From: Paenibacillus cymbidii
Lineage (GTDB): Bacteria > Bacillota > Bacilli > Paenibacillales > NBRC-103111
Length of the DNA: 64,000 nucleotides
Direction of reading: 5' to 3'
Assembly (NCBI RefSeq): GCF_004764705.1
Contig: NZ_SHLX01000014.1
Coordinates: 90,953-154,952 of the forward strand
Position numbers and translations under genes: made by a program. Positions 39,016 to 47,718 of the stretch are shown piece after piece. Below the pieces are notes generated by a model. The model was not told the DNA's origin. It was given only the letters and a program-made list of their open reading frames with translations, and ran no database searches. Position 1 is the stretch's first letter, and each line of letters begins with the position of its first letter.

Positions 39016-39618
39016 TTGTATGCGAATCTTCCCAGCTTTGTTTTAGGGTTTCATGGTTGCGACAAATCGGTTGCAGACAAAATTTTGCAGCACGAAGATA
39101 AATTATTGAAGAGTGAAAATAGTTATGACTGGTTGGGGCATGGTGTTTATTTTTGGGAGGACGATCCATATCGGGCTTTGCATTTTGCGGAATATTTGAG
39201 GGATCGTCCCGACCGCGGCAAAAAAGGTTTGCCTCCGATCAAGGAACCGGCTGTCATTGGAGCCGTATTGGATTTGGGACATTGTTTGAATGCGATTGAG
39301 GCGGCATCGTTGGAGATTATAAAGGCCCATTACCACTTTCTGATCGCAACGTTGGAAAAGGAGCAAAAACCGATCCCGGTCAATCGCAGAGGCAGAGATA
39401 CGAACGATCTGTTGGTCAGGGATCTGGATTGCGCTGTAATCCAATTCATTCATGCCGCGAACGAAAGTCTGACTAAACCGGCCTACGACAGTGTACGCGG
39501 CATGTTTATCGAAGGCGATGAGCTATACCCGGGGGCTGGATTTCACGATAAGAACCATATCCAGATCTGCATTCGAAATGAAGCGTGCATCAAAGGTTAC
39601 TTTTTACCTTTCTTATGA
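39016..39618 (+). CDS. Hypothetical 200-aa protein; its motif pattern recalls the DUF3990 family as I remember it (it may have an ADP-ribosyltransferase-like fold). Candidate toxin or defence effector.
   Basis: N-terminal FHGCD, then DWLGHGVYFWEDDPYRALHFAEY, and a C-terminal IQICIRNEACIKGY. There is no signal peptide or TM helix. The gene lies in the low-GC islet and is tightly coupled to the small ORF before it. The family assignment comes from memory and is not verified. Confidence 0.5.
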   Translation: MYANLPSFVLGFHGCDKSVADKILQHEDKLLKSENSYDWLGHGVYFWEDDPYRALHFAEYLRDRPDRGKKGLPPIKEPAVIGAVLDLGHCLNAIEAASLEIIKAHYHFLIATLEKEQKPIPVNRRGRDTNDLLVRDLDCAVIQFIHAANESLTKPAYDSVRGMFIEGDELYPGAGFHDKNHIQICIRNEACIKGYFLPFL

Positions 39619-39633
39619 GAGGCGGTTCGCCAG

Positions 39634-39668
39634 GTTGACAACAACCGTCCCGCGGCCGTATAATGCAA
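39634..39668 (+). promoter_or_regulatory. σA-type promoter of the glpP operon
   Basis: TTGACA-N18-TATAAT (TTGACAACAACCGTCCCGCGGCCGTATAATGCA). Confidence 0.7.
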
Positions 39669-39669
39669 T

Positions 39670-39800
39670 CAAATAAGGACGGTCAGGCGGAGCCCAAAGA
39701 GAGACCCTTACCGGCAAACACATCAGCGACGAAAGTCGTAGGTTTGTTTGCTGCGGTGCAGGGGCTCTTTTTTTGTTAGTTTACGGCCGAAGGGAGCAGA
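39670..39800 (+). promoter_or_regulatory. 5' leader with an intrinsic terminator/antiterminator (putative GlpP-dependent antitermination element)
   Basis: ~130-nt leader that ends in GCAGGGGCTCTTTTTTTG. That stem can pair with the upstream GGAGCCC. A mutually exclusive local helix CAGCGACGAAAGTCGTAGG precedes it. Confidence 0.45.
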
Positions 39801-39806
39801 TCACGC

Positions 39807-40361
39807 ATGTATCCGATTGTCGATTTGGTCGAGCATCAAACGATTGCCGCCGTGCAGAAGGAAGACGATCTGGCGAAGGCGATTGCGAGCCAGGTCAACG
39901 TCATTTTTTTGCTGACGGGGTCGATTCTGAATGTGAAAGCGATGGTCGACCGGGTGAAGGAAGCGGGCAAGGTCGTTTTCCTTCATATGGAGTTCATCGA
40001 AGGAATCGCCGCCGACCGGGGCGGCATCGCTTACGTCGCGCAGCATGTGCAGCCGCACGGCATCATTTCCACGCGAAGCCAGGTGATTCGCACGGCCAAG
40101 GAGTTGAAGCTGCTGACGATCCAGCGCATGTTCCTGATCGATCGCAACGCGATCGGCAAAGGCATCAAGATGGCCGAGCAGGCGACCCCGGACGCGATTG
40201 AAGTAATGCCCGGCATCATGCCGCGCATCGTGCGCGAAATGACGGCGCTGACGCCGCTGCCGATCATTGCGGGCGGTTTGTTCGCCTACCGGCACGAAAT
40301 CGACGAAGCGCTCGAAGCAGGCGCGCTGGCCGTGTCGGTAGGCAGCGCCGAGCTGTGGTAA
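39807..40361 (+). CDS. glpP: Glycerol-3-phosphate-responsive antiterminator GlpP
   Basis: 184 aa (MYPIVDLVEHQTIAAVQKEDDLAKAIASQVNVIFLLTGSI…IIAGGLF…) of the GlpP family. Confidence 0.8.
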   Translation: MYPIVDLVEHQTIAAVQKEDDLAKAIASQVNVIFLLTGSILNVKAMVDRVKEAGKVVFLHMEFIEGIAADRGGIAYVAQHVQPHGIISTRSQVIRTAKELKLLTIQRMFLIDRNAIGKGIKMAEQATPDAIEVMPGIMPRIVREMTALTPLPIIAGGLFAYRHEIDEALEAGALAVSVGSAELW

Positions 40362-40565
40362 GCCTGGACAAAGGACGGGAAATGCGATGACGGCGACCAA
40401 TTGCTCCTCGCGCTTGGCGACATTTCCCTGCAGGAGGGCGTCATTTCCGTCCAGTCTTACCGGATCCAGCCGCAGCTTGCGAAACCGGCCGCCGTCGCCG
40501 CCGCGGCAAAAACGCCGTAGCCGAACGGACGGCCCGGCATACTATCACAAGGAGGCATTACTGCC

Positions 40566-41306
40566 ATGACCATGACTCAACCGCTGAATATCGCCCATCG
40601 CGGCGCCTCGGGAGAAGCGCCGGAAAATACGCTTGCCGCCTTTCTGCTCGCCGTGGAGCAAGGCTGTGACGCGATCGAACTCGACGTGCATTTGTCGAAG
40701 GACGGGGAGCTCGTCGTCTGTCACGACGAAACGATCGATCGCACGACGACCGGTTCGGGTACGATCCGCGATTTGACCGTTGCCGAGCTGAAACGGGCCG
40801 ACGCCGGCGCCAAGTTCGGCGAGAAGTACGCGGCGGAGCGGCTGCCGCTGCTTGAGGAAGTGTTCGCCGCCTTGCCGGCGCATATGATGATCAATGTCGA
40901 AACGAAAGATACGGTGTTTGACGGCAAGGTGGGTCGCAAGCTGGCCGAGCTGATGAAACGGGCGAACCGCGTGGAAAATGTGGTGGTGTCGTCCTTTTAC
41001 CACAAAAGTCTGGTGGAGCTGGTGCACCTGTTGCCCGAAGCGAAGATCGGGCTGCTTTATGCAAGCGATTTTGCCAGCCATGTGCGAGTGGCCGATGCGG
41101 TGCCGGTGCCGGTCTATTCGCTGCACCCGAATTACCGGCTTCTGCACGCCAGCGACATTCGCGAGGCGGCGGAACGCGGCATTCAGATGTATCCGTGGAC
41201 GGTCAATCGCGAGGAAACGATGCGCGATCTGATCGCGGCCGGCGTATCCGGCATCATCAACGATTATCCGGCGCGCTTGAAGGCGCTGCTGACGAACGAA
41301 GCCTGA
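40566..41306 (+). CDS. ugpQ: Glycerophosphodiester phosphodiesterase (GlpQ/UgpQ family, cytoplasmic)
   Basis: …IAHRGASGEAPENTLAAF…DAIELDVHLSKDGELVVCHDETIDRTT… (GDPD catalytic His/Glu/Asp). Confidence 0.85.
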   Translation: MTMTQPLNIAHRGASGEAPENTLAAFLLAVEQGCDAIELDVHLSKDGELVVCHDETIDRTTTGSGTIRDLTVAELKRADAGAKFGEKYAAERLPLLEEVFAALPAHMMINVETKDTVFDGKVGRKLAELMKRANRVENVVVSSFYHKSLVELVHLLPEAKIGLLYASDFASHVRVADAVPVPVYSLHPNYRLLHASDIREAAERGIQMYPWTVNREETMRDLIAAGVSGIINDYPARLKALLTNEA

Positions 41307-41324
41307 ACCGGGAGGAATACATTC

Positions 41325-42983
41325 ATGAAGACGACCCATCGGCCGTTTGCGGCAGCCAGCCGTCCCGCGCTGCTGCGCGCGATGGCAACGGCGGAGCTTG
41401 ATTTGCTGGTTATCGGCGGCGGCATTACCGGCGCCGGCATCGCCTTGGACGCAAGCGCCCGCGGCATGAACATCGGCCTGGTCGACAAGGCCGATTTCGG
41501 CTCGGGCACGAGCAGCCGTTCGACGAAGCTGGTGCACGGCGGCTTGCGTTATTTGAAGCAGGGCGAGGTGCGGCTTGTTCGCGAGGTCGGCAGGGAGCGG
41601 GCAATTCTGCACCGCAACGCGCCGCATCTGGTGAAGCCGGTGCCGATGCTGCTGCCGATCTACAAAGGCGGCACTTACGGCTACTGGGCGTCTTCCATTG
41701 GCTTATCCATCTACGACTGGCTCGCCGGCGTGAAGCGCAAGGAGCGCAGGCGCATGCTGGGCGCGGCGGAGACGGCGAAGCGCGAACCGCTGCTGCGGCG
41801 GGACGGGCTGCGGGGCGGCGGCCTGTATGTCGAATACCGCACCGACGATGCGCGGCTGACGCTCGATACGTTGAAAACGGCCGTCCGGCAAGGGGCGAAG
41901 GCAGTCAACTATGCGGAGGCAGTCGGCCTTCTCAAGGAAGGCGGCCGGGTTGTCGGCTTGCGCGTTCGCGACCGGATCGGCGGGGAGACGTACGACATCC
42001 GCGCCAAAACGATCGTCAACGCGGCCGGGCCTTGGGTCGACGGCCTGCGCGAGATGGACGGCTCGCTGCAAGGCAAACGATTGTTTCTGACGAAAGGCGT
42101 CCACCTCGTTGTGCACGCGGAGCGGCTGCCGGTGCGGCAGGCGGCGTATTTCGATACGCCGGACGGGCGGATGATCTTCGTGATCCCGCGCGACGGCATC
42201 ACCTATATCGGCACGACGGACACGGCTTACTCGGGCGATACGGACCGTCCGACGGCAACGGCGGGCGATCGGGACTATTTGCTGCGGGCCGTCAATGACA
42301 TGTTCCCGCAGACGCGGCTTGGGCCGGAGGACGTTATCTCCGCCTGGGCCGGGTTGCGCCCGCTCATTTACGAGGAAGGGAAAGGGCCGTCGGAGCTGTC
42401 CCGCAAGGACGAGGTGTTCGAGTCGGCCAGCGGTTTCATCACCATAGCCGGCGGCAAGCTGACCGGCTTTCGCAAAATGGCGGAGAAGGTCGTCGACTTT
42501 GTCGCGCGGCGACTGGCAGGCGGTGCGGGCTCGGCGCGGGCTGCCTGCAGCACGGACCGCATCACGATCAGCGGAGGCGGTGCGGAAACGGCGGGCGAGT
42601 CGTACGAAACCGCCTGCGCCAAGCTGCTCGCGGCAGGAGTGCAGCAAGGCGTCTCGCGCGAAACGATGCTGGACTGGATCGGGCTGTACGGCACGAATGC
42701 GTCGCGGCTGCTTGCGTACTGGCTGGAAGCCGGCCAGCAGCGCGTGCCCGAGCGGAAACAGCCGCTGTACGCGCAGCTTCGTTATGCGACGGAAGAGGAG
42801 ATGACGGCGACGGCGGCCGATTTTTTGCGGCTGCGGACGGGGTGGACGTATTTTCAGCCGGATCGGGCCAGGGAAGCGGTCGAAGACGTGCTTGCGTTCA
42901 TGAGCGAACGGTTCGGTTGGGACGAGACTCAGCTGTCGCTGCAGCGGGAAGAGACGGAGCGGCTGTTTCGCGCGATCAAATAG
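41325..42983 (+). CDS. glpD: Aerobic glycerol-3-phosphate dehydrogenase (FAD-dependent)
   Basis: FAD-binding N-terminus (DLLVIGGGITGAGIALDASARG…GTSSRSTKLVHGGLRYL) with a GlpD C-terminal domain. Confidence 0.9.
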   Translation: MKTTHRPFAAASRPALLRAMATAELDLLVIGGGITGAGIALDASARGMNIGLVDKADFGSGTSSRSTKLVHGGLRYLKQGEVRLVREVGRERAILHRNAPHLVKPVPMLLPIYKGGTYGYWASSIGLSIYDWLAGVKRKERRRMLGAAETAKREPLLRRDGLRGGGLYVEYRTDDARLTLDTLKTAVRQGAKAVNYAEAVGLLKEGGRVVGLRVRDRIGGETYDIRAKTIVNAAGPWVDGLREMDGSLQGKRLFLTKGVHLVVHAERLPVRQAAYFDTPDGRMIFVIPRDGITYIGTTDTAYSGDTDRPTATAGDRDYLLRAVNDMFPQTRLGPEDVISAWAGLRPLIYEEGKGPSELSRKDEVFESASGFITIAGGKLTGFRKMAEKVVDFVARRLAGGAGSARAACSTDRITISGGGAETAGESYETACAKLLAAGVQQGVSRETMLDWIGLYGTNASRLLAYWLEAGQQRVPERKQPLYAQLRYATEEEMTATAADFLRLRTGWTYFQPDRAREAVEDVLAFMSERFGWDETQLSLQREETERLFRAIK

Positions 42984-43087
42984 GCAGGCGGCGCCCAGCC
43001 CGTCATAAAAATAATGAAACCAGTGTTTTAAAATTGCGATGTACGGTATAATGGCTGCGAACGACCATGTTCCCTAGGAGGAATTCC

Positions 43088-44095
43088 ATGTACAGCGCAG
43101 CGGTTATCGGACTTGGAAAAATCGGCCTGCTGTTCGACCTGGACGGCAAACGGAAGCAGCCTTTAAGCCATACGGTCGCCTATTTGCGCGATCCGCATGT
43201 GGAGCTGACCGCAGCCGTCGGCGTGCGGACGGAGCAGCGGGACAACCTGCACAAGGTGGCGCCGGATGTTGCGTTCTATCTGGACCCCGGCGAAATGATG
43301 AGCCGGCACAAGCTCGACATCGTCAGCATATGCACACCGGCCCATGTGCGCTACGACTTGATCGAGCAGGTGCTGGAGCAGGCCAAGCCTCGCGTCATTT
43401 TCTGCGAGAAGCCGGTGGCGACGTCGATCGGGGAAGCGGAGCACATCGTCAGCTTGCTGCAGCGTCATAACACGCTGCTGCTTCCGAACTTGTCGCGCCG
43501 CTACAACAAGATGCTGGCCCGTCTTCGCGCCGCGGTTCGGGAGGAGCTTTACGGCAGGCTGCTGACCATTCATCTCCGCTATACCCGGGGCATTTACAAC
43601 TCCGGTTCGCATTTATTCGATTTGGTCCGTTATTTTACCGGGGGCATCACAAGCGTGCAAGTGCTGCGGGAACAGGCGACGGCGCTGAACGCGGAAGTCG
43701 ATCCGACATATGCGTTTCTGTTTGCCGCCGGTGTTGACGGCAATGTTTCCGGTTATGCGGAAGCGTTCGACGACCGCAACTACAGCATTTTCGAAATCGA
43801 CCTGTACATGGAGCGCGGCAAAATCGAAATGGCGAACGCCGGCAACGAAGTCCGCTATTATCGTGCGGGCGATGTGCCGAATATGCCGCAGTTTTACAAT
43901 CTGATTCACGAGCGCACCGAAACCGGCGTCGACGGGGAACCGAGCAACATCCAGAACGCGGTGGCGCATATCGTCGATATTCTCGATCGCGGTACGGAGC
44001 CGGTATGTACGGTCGAGGACGGCAATTTCCCTACCTATGTGGCCGATGCGCTGCTTCGGTCGCGGCGGAATGGCGGCACGAGAGAGGAAGTCTGA
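43088..44095 (+). CDS. Gfo/Idh/MocA-family NAD(P)-dependent oxidoreductase
   Basis: MYSAAVIGLGKIG… is a Rossmann N-domain, followed by a GFO C-domain. RBS is TAGGAGGAATTCC. Confidence 0.8.
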   Translation: MYSAAVIGLGKIGLLFDLDGKRKQPLSHTVAYLRDPHVELTAAVGVRTEQRDNLHKVAPDVAFYLDPGEMMSRHKLDIVSICTPAHVRYDLIEQVLEQAKPRVIFCEKPVATSIGEAEHIVSLLQRHNTLLLPNLSRRYNKMLARLRAAVREELYGRLLTIHLRYTRGIYNSGSHLFDLVRYFTGGITSVQVLREQATALNAEVDPTYAFLFAAGVDGNVSGYAEAFDDRNYSIFEIDLYMERGKIEMANAGNEVRYYRAGDVPNMPQFYNLIHERTETGVDGEPSNIQNAVAHIVDILDRGTEPVCTVEDGNFPTYVADALLRSRRNGGTREEV

Positions 44096-44099
44096 TGCA

Positions 44100-44142
44100 A
44101 AAAAACTGCCGGGCCCTGGGGCTTCCGGCAGTTTTTTCGTTT
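44100..44142. terminator. Bidirectional terminator
   Basis: AAAAAACTGCCGGGCCCTGGGGCTTCCGGCAGTTTTTTCG. Confidence 0.75.
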
Positions 44143-44147
44143 CGATG

Positions 44148-44927
44148 CTATGCTTTTGCGAGCAGCGGGAACAACCCGCCGTGGAGCGGTTCGTTTTCGA
44201 CGAAGTTTTGACCGTTCGTGCACAAGTGCGGCTTGCCGTTGTAGGTGGTGCCGTCCGGCATAAAAATGATCGCCAGCACGCGGCGCGGCGCATCGGACAT
44301 ATTGGAGCCTGCGGCATGGAACGTGAGCCCGTTGTGGAACGTCAGGCTGCCTTTTTTCAGCGGCACGATTACGGGCTTGCGTGTTTCGAACTCCGTGCCT
44401 TTGACGAAATCGAAGATGTTTTCCGGTTCGGCCAGATTGATGCCGGTCAGCTTGCCCGCCTTGTGCGAGCCCGGCACGAACATCATGCAGCCGTTGTGTT
44501 CGTCGACGTCGTGCATCGGAATCCAGGCGGACAACGCGCCCGATTCGTTCATCGGCCAGTACGGGAAGTCCTGGTGCCACGGCGTCGGCTTCGAGTCCTG
44601 CGGCATTTTCCACAGCGCGTGATCGTGGAACAGCCGGATGCCGTTCGCGCCGCTCAGTTCCAGCGCCATGCGGGAAATCCGCGGATGCGTCGCATAACGC
44701 CCCATGCCGGCATGGTCGCGCCACGTATTCACTTTCTGGTTAAGCACACGGTAATAGGAGCCGTTATTGCGGCTATTATGGACGGACTTGCCGTCCGTTT
44801 CCTCCATCGCTTCATCCATGTAGGAGGCGAGCTCATCCACTTCGTCCTCCGTGAGAGCGTTTTCTACATGCAAAAAGCCATTTTGCCGGTAAAAATCGAT
44901 CTGTTCCTGCGTCAGTACGTTCGCCAT
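44148..44927 (-). CDS. Phytanoyl-CoA dioxygenase (PhyH)-family Fe(II)/2-oxoglutarate oxygenase
   Basis: …TPWHQDFPYWP…HxD…H facial triad, 259 aa. Confidence 0.7.
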   Translation of the reverse strand: MANVLTQEQIDFYRQNGFLHVENALTEDEVDELASYMDEAMEETDGKSVHNSRNNGSYYRVLNQKVNTWRDHAGMGRYATHPRISRMALELSGANGIRLFHDHALWKMPQDSKPTPWHQDFPYWPMNESGALSAWIPMHDVDEHNGCMMFVPGSHKAGKLTGINLAEPENIFDFVKGTEFETRKPVIVPLKKGSLTFHNGLTFHAAGSNMSDAPRRVLAIIFMPDGTTYNGKPHLCTNGQNFVENEPLHGGLFPLLAKA

Positions 44928-45037
44928 GTCCGATTCCGCACCCTTCCAGCCTGAAGTTGACTAACTGGTTTAAGCATACGGTTTTCGACGCCGCCGATCT
45001 TGGTCGATTTTACAGAGAATGAAGGCGATCTGATTCG

Positions 45038-45916
45038 TTAATGAAACGTGCGGCGATAATCGCCCGGCGACAGGCCGGTCGTTTGTTTGAACAGCTTGTT
45101 GAAGAAGCTGAGGTCGTCGAAGCCGACTTCCTGGGCGATCGCCAGCATTTTGCGGTCGGTTTCGGCGATCAGCCGCATCGCCTGCTGCACGCGCACGCCG
45201 TTGCGGTACTCGATGAACGTGCGGCCGGTATGCTGCTTGAATTTGGCGGAAAAAGCGGAGGCGCTGAGCCCGCACATGCGGCTCACCTGGGCAAGCGTCA
45301 GCGGCTCGGCATAATGCCGCGCAATAAATTCGCTGATATGCAGCAGCATGCTGTCATCGGCGCGCACGGCGCGGTCGCCGGACAAGCTTGCCGCGCAGCA
45401 GCGGCTGAGGAATACGAACAGCTCGATCAGCCGCGTTTTCGTTACGATGCGGTAACCGAGTTTTTTGGCTTGAAATTCCATTACGATATGGTCGAGCAGC
45501 GTCTTCATTTCAATTCGTTCGTGCGGCTGCAGCTTCAGATGCGGCCGAAAGTGCGCCATGCTGCGGACGAAAGGCTCAACGTAGAAGAAGTCGACGAAAG
45601 GCGTTACCGCCGACAGCGTTTCCAGCTCGGAGCGAAGAAACGACGGGAAGAACAGGACGTTGTAAACGAGCAGCGAAGAGCCGTTGTCGACGATGTATCC
45701 ATGTTCGGCGCCCGGCTCGATGACGAACACGTCGCCGGTCGAAATCGCCGACGATTGCCCGTTGTAGCTGTGCTGTCCGCTGCCTTCGGCGATGTAGGCG
45801 AGTTCGGTGAAATCGTGCGTATGCGGTTCGATCGGCTCGTTTTCGCGCACCCGGTAGGGCGAGGCGGAAAACGGATAATCTTCGCTTTCGAAATAATTTT
45901 CGCTGCGGAGAATCAT
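45038..45916 (-). CDS. AraC-family regulator with an N-terminal cupin sensor
   Basis: Cupin (…PHTHDFTELAYIAEGSGQH…) plus a C-terminal AraC HTH pair (…LSFFNKLFKQTTGLSPGDYRRT). Confidence 0.8.
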   Translation of the reverse strand: MILRSENYFESEDYPFSASPYRVRENEPIEPHTHDFTELAYIAEGSGQHSYNGQSSAISTGDVFVIEPGAEHGYIVDNGSSLLVYNVLFFPSFLRSELETLSAVTPFVDFFYVEPFVRSMAHFRPHLKLQPHERIEMKTLLDHIVMEFQAKKLGYRIVTKTRLIELFVFLSRCCAASLSGDRAVRADDSMLLHISEFIARHYAEPLTLAQVSRMCGLSASAFSAKFKQHTGRTFIEYRNGVRVQQAMRLIAETDRKMLAIAQEVGFDDLSFFNKLFKQTTGLSPGDYRRTFH

Positions 45917-46079
45917 GGGTCTGCACCTGCCTCGCAAAAAACGGATCGTTAGCTCCGATTATAGTGCATTCCGCGGCGGCTGCCTATAGATTCCCACCTG
46001 AAACTATAGAACTGTCTACTGCCGTCTTCCGGGAAAACCTTTTATAATGAAGGGACGACGGGAGGTGGAGGTTGCGCTC

Positions 46080-47714
46080 ATGTACAACATGCTTATTGTG
46101 GACGACGAACCTACTGTCCGCTACGGACTGCGCTATTATTTCGAATGGGAACGCTTCGGCATCCGCATTGTCGGCGAGGCGGACGACGGCGAACCGGCGC
46201 TGGCGGAAATCGAACGCAGCCGGCCGGACATTATGCTCACGGACGTGCGCATGCTCGACATGGACGGGCTGACGCTGTCGCGGATCGTTCGCGAACGGTA
46301 CCCCGATGTGAAAATCGTGTTTATCAGCGGCCACGACGACGCCGAGTATTTAAAGTCGGCGCTGCAAGTCAATGCGGTCGATTATATTTTCAAGCCGGTC
46401 AATCTGCAGGAGCTTCGCGCGGTGATCGAGCGGGTCGTCGCCGAACTGGATGCGAAACGTTCGGAACAGCGTCTGCTGCAGGACATGCAGCAGCAATTGA
46501 AGGAAGGCATGCCGCTGCTGCGCGAGAAACAACTGATGGCGCTTGTCCGGGAAGGCGCGCCGAAACAGGCGCTGTTGCAGGAACGGATCGATTTTCTCGG
46601 GCTGTCCCTGCCCGTGGAGGCGGCTTATTGGGTGATCGTCGTGTCGATCGACGGCAGCGCCGAATGGAACGAAACCCGCTCCGTGCGGGATCGGCAACTG
46701 CTTTCCTATGCGGTGCAGAACGTTTGCCAGGAGCTGATCGATCGCTACTTGGCCGGGTACGCGTTCGAGAACGACAGCGGCGAGTTCGTCGGCATCTTGC
46801 ATGCGGATGCCCCAGCGCAGTCGGAAGAAAGCGGTCCGGAGGAACGATTGCTGGCGCTCGCCGGCGACATACGCGGCAATTTGCTGCTGTGGCTGAAGCT
46901 GAGCGTTACGATCGGCATCGGCGAACGGGCGGACGGTCTTGCCGGGCTGGCGCATGCTTATGAGCAAGGCAAGGAAGCGGCAAGCCGCAAGTGGTACCTC
47001 GGCAAAAACCGGATCATCACGATGGACAGCCTGGAGCAGGAGGAAGAACCGTTTCGGCGTACCGATCAAAGCCTCATCGGCCGGCTCGTCTCCGCGCTGC
47101 GCGCCGCGGAGGAGGAACCGCTGCGGGAAGCGGCGGACGAACTGTTCGCCGATCTGGCGCAACATCGCCGCGACGGTTTTCAATATGCCCGCAATGTGTG
47201 TATGCAAGCGCTGCTGCAAGCCGGGCAACTGCTGCTGGAGCTGAACGTGCGGACGCCCGGGCTGGAGGAGCCCGCCGCGCCGCTGTGGCTGGAAGCGGAC
47301 CGACTGGAGACGATCGGCGAGCTGCGCGAGTGGCTCGAATCGTATCTGCTGCGAGCTGCGGCGCACATTCGCGAGAAGCGCTGCGGCCGCTCGAGCAATG
47401 TGGTCGAACGCGTGCGCTCCGTCATCGAGGAACGATACGCCGACAACGGGCTGACGGTCGCCGAAATCGCCAAGGCGGTTTATTTGACGGACACGTATGT
47501 GTCGCTGCTCTTCAAGCAGGAAACGGGCCGAACGGTCAACGAATACGTCACGCAGGTGCGCATCGACAAGGCGAAGGAGCTGCTGCGCGACCCGCGCTAC
47601 AAGTTCTACGATATTTGTTACGCGGTCGGATATGCGGATCCCAGCTACTTCAGCAAGCTGTTCAAAAAAATGACCGGCTATACGCCAAGCGCATTTCGCG
47701 ATCAACTTCCGTAA
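46080..47714 (+). CDS. Two-component response regulator: CheY-like receiver plus AraC-type HTH output (YesN-like)
   Basis: MYNMLIVDDEP…DIMLTDVRMLDMDGL…KPV receiver and a C-terminal AraC HTH (…YFSKLFKKMTGYTPSAFRDQ). RBS is GGAGGTGGAGG. Confidence 0.85.
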   Translation: MYNMLIVDDEPTVRYGLRYYFEWERFGIRIVGEADDGEPALAEIERSRPDIMLTDVRMLDMDGLTLSRIVRERYPDVKIVFISGHDDAEYLKSALQVNAVDYIFKPVNLQELRAVIERVVAELDAKRSEQRLLQDMQQQLKEGMPLLREKQLMALVREGAPKQALLQERIDFLGLSLPVEAAYWVIVVSIDGSAEWNETRSVRDRQLLSYAVQNVCQELIDRYLAGYAFENDSGEFVGILHADAPAQSEESGPEERLLALAGDIRGNLLLWLKLSVTIGIGERADGLAGLAHAYEQGKEAASRKWYLGKNRIITMDSLEQEEEPFRRTDQSLIGRLVSALRAAEEEPLREAADELFADLAQHRRDGFQYARNVCMQALLQAGQLLLELNVRTPGLEEPAAPLWLEADRLETIGELREWLESYLLRAAAHIREKRCGRSSNVVERVRSVIEERYADNGLTVAEIAKAVYLTDTYVSLLFKQETGRTVNEYVTQVRIDKAKELLRDPRYKFYDICYAVGYADPSYFSKLFKKMTGYTPSAFRDQLP

Positions 47715-47718
47715 GGCG

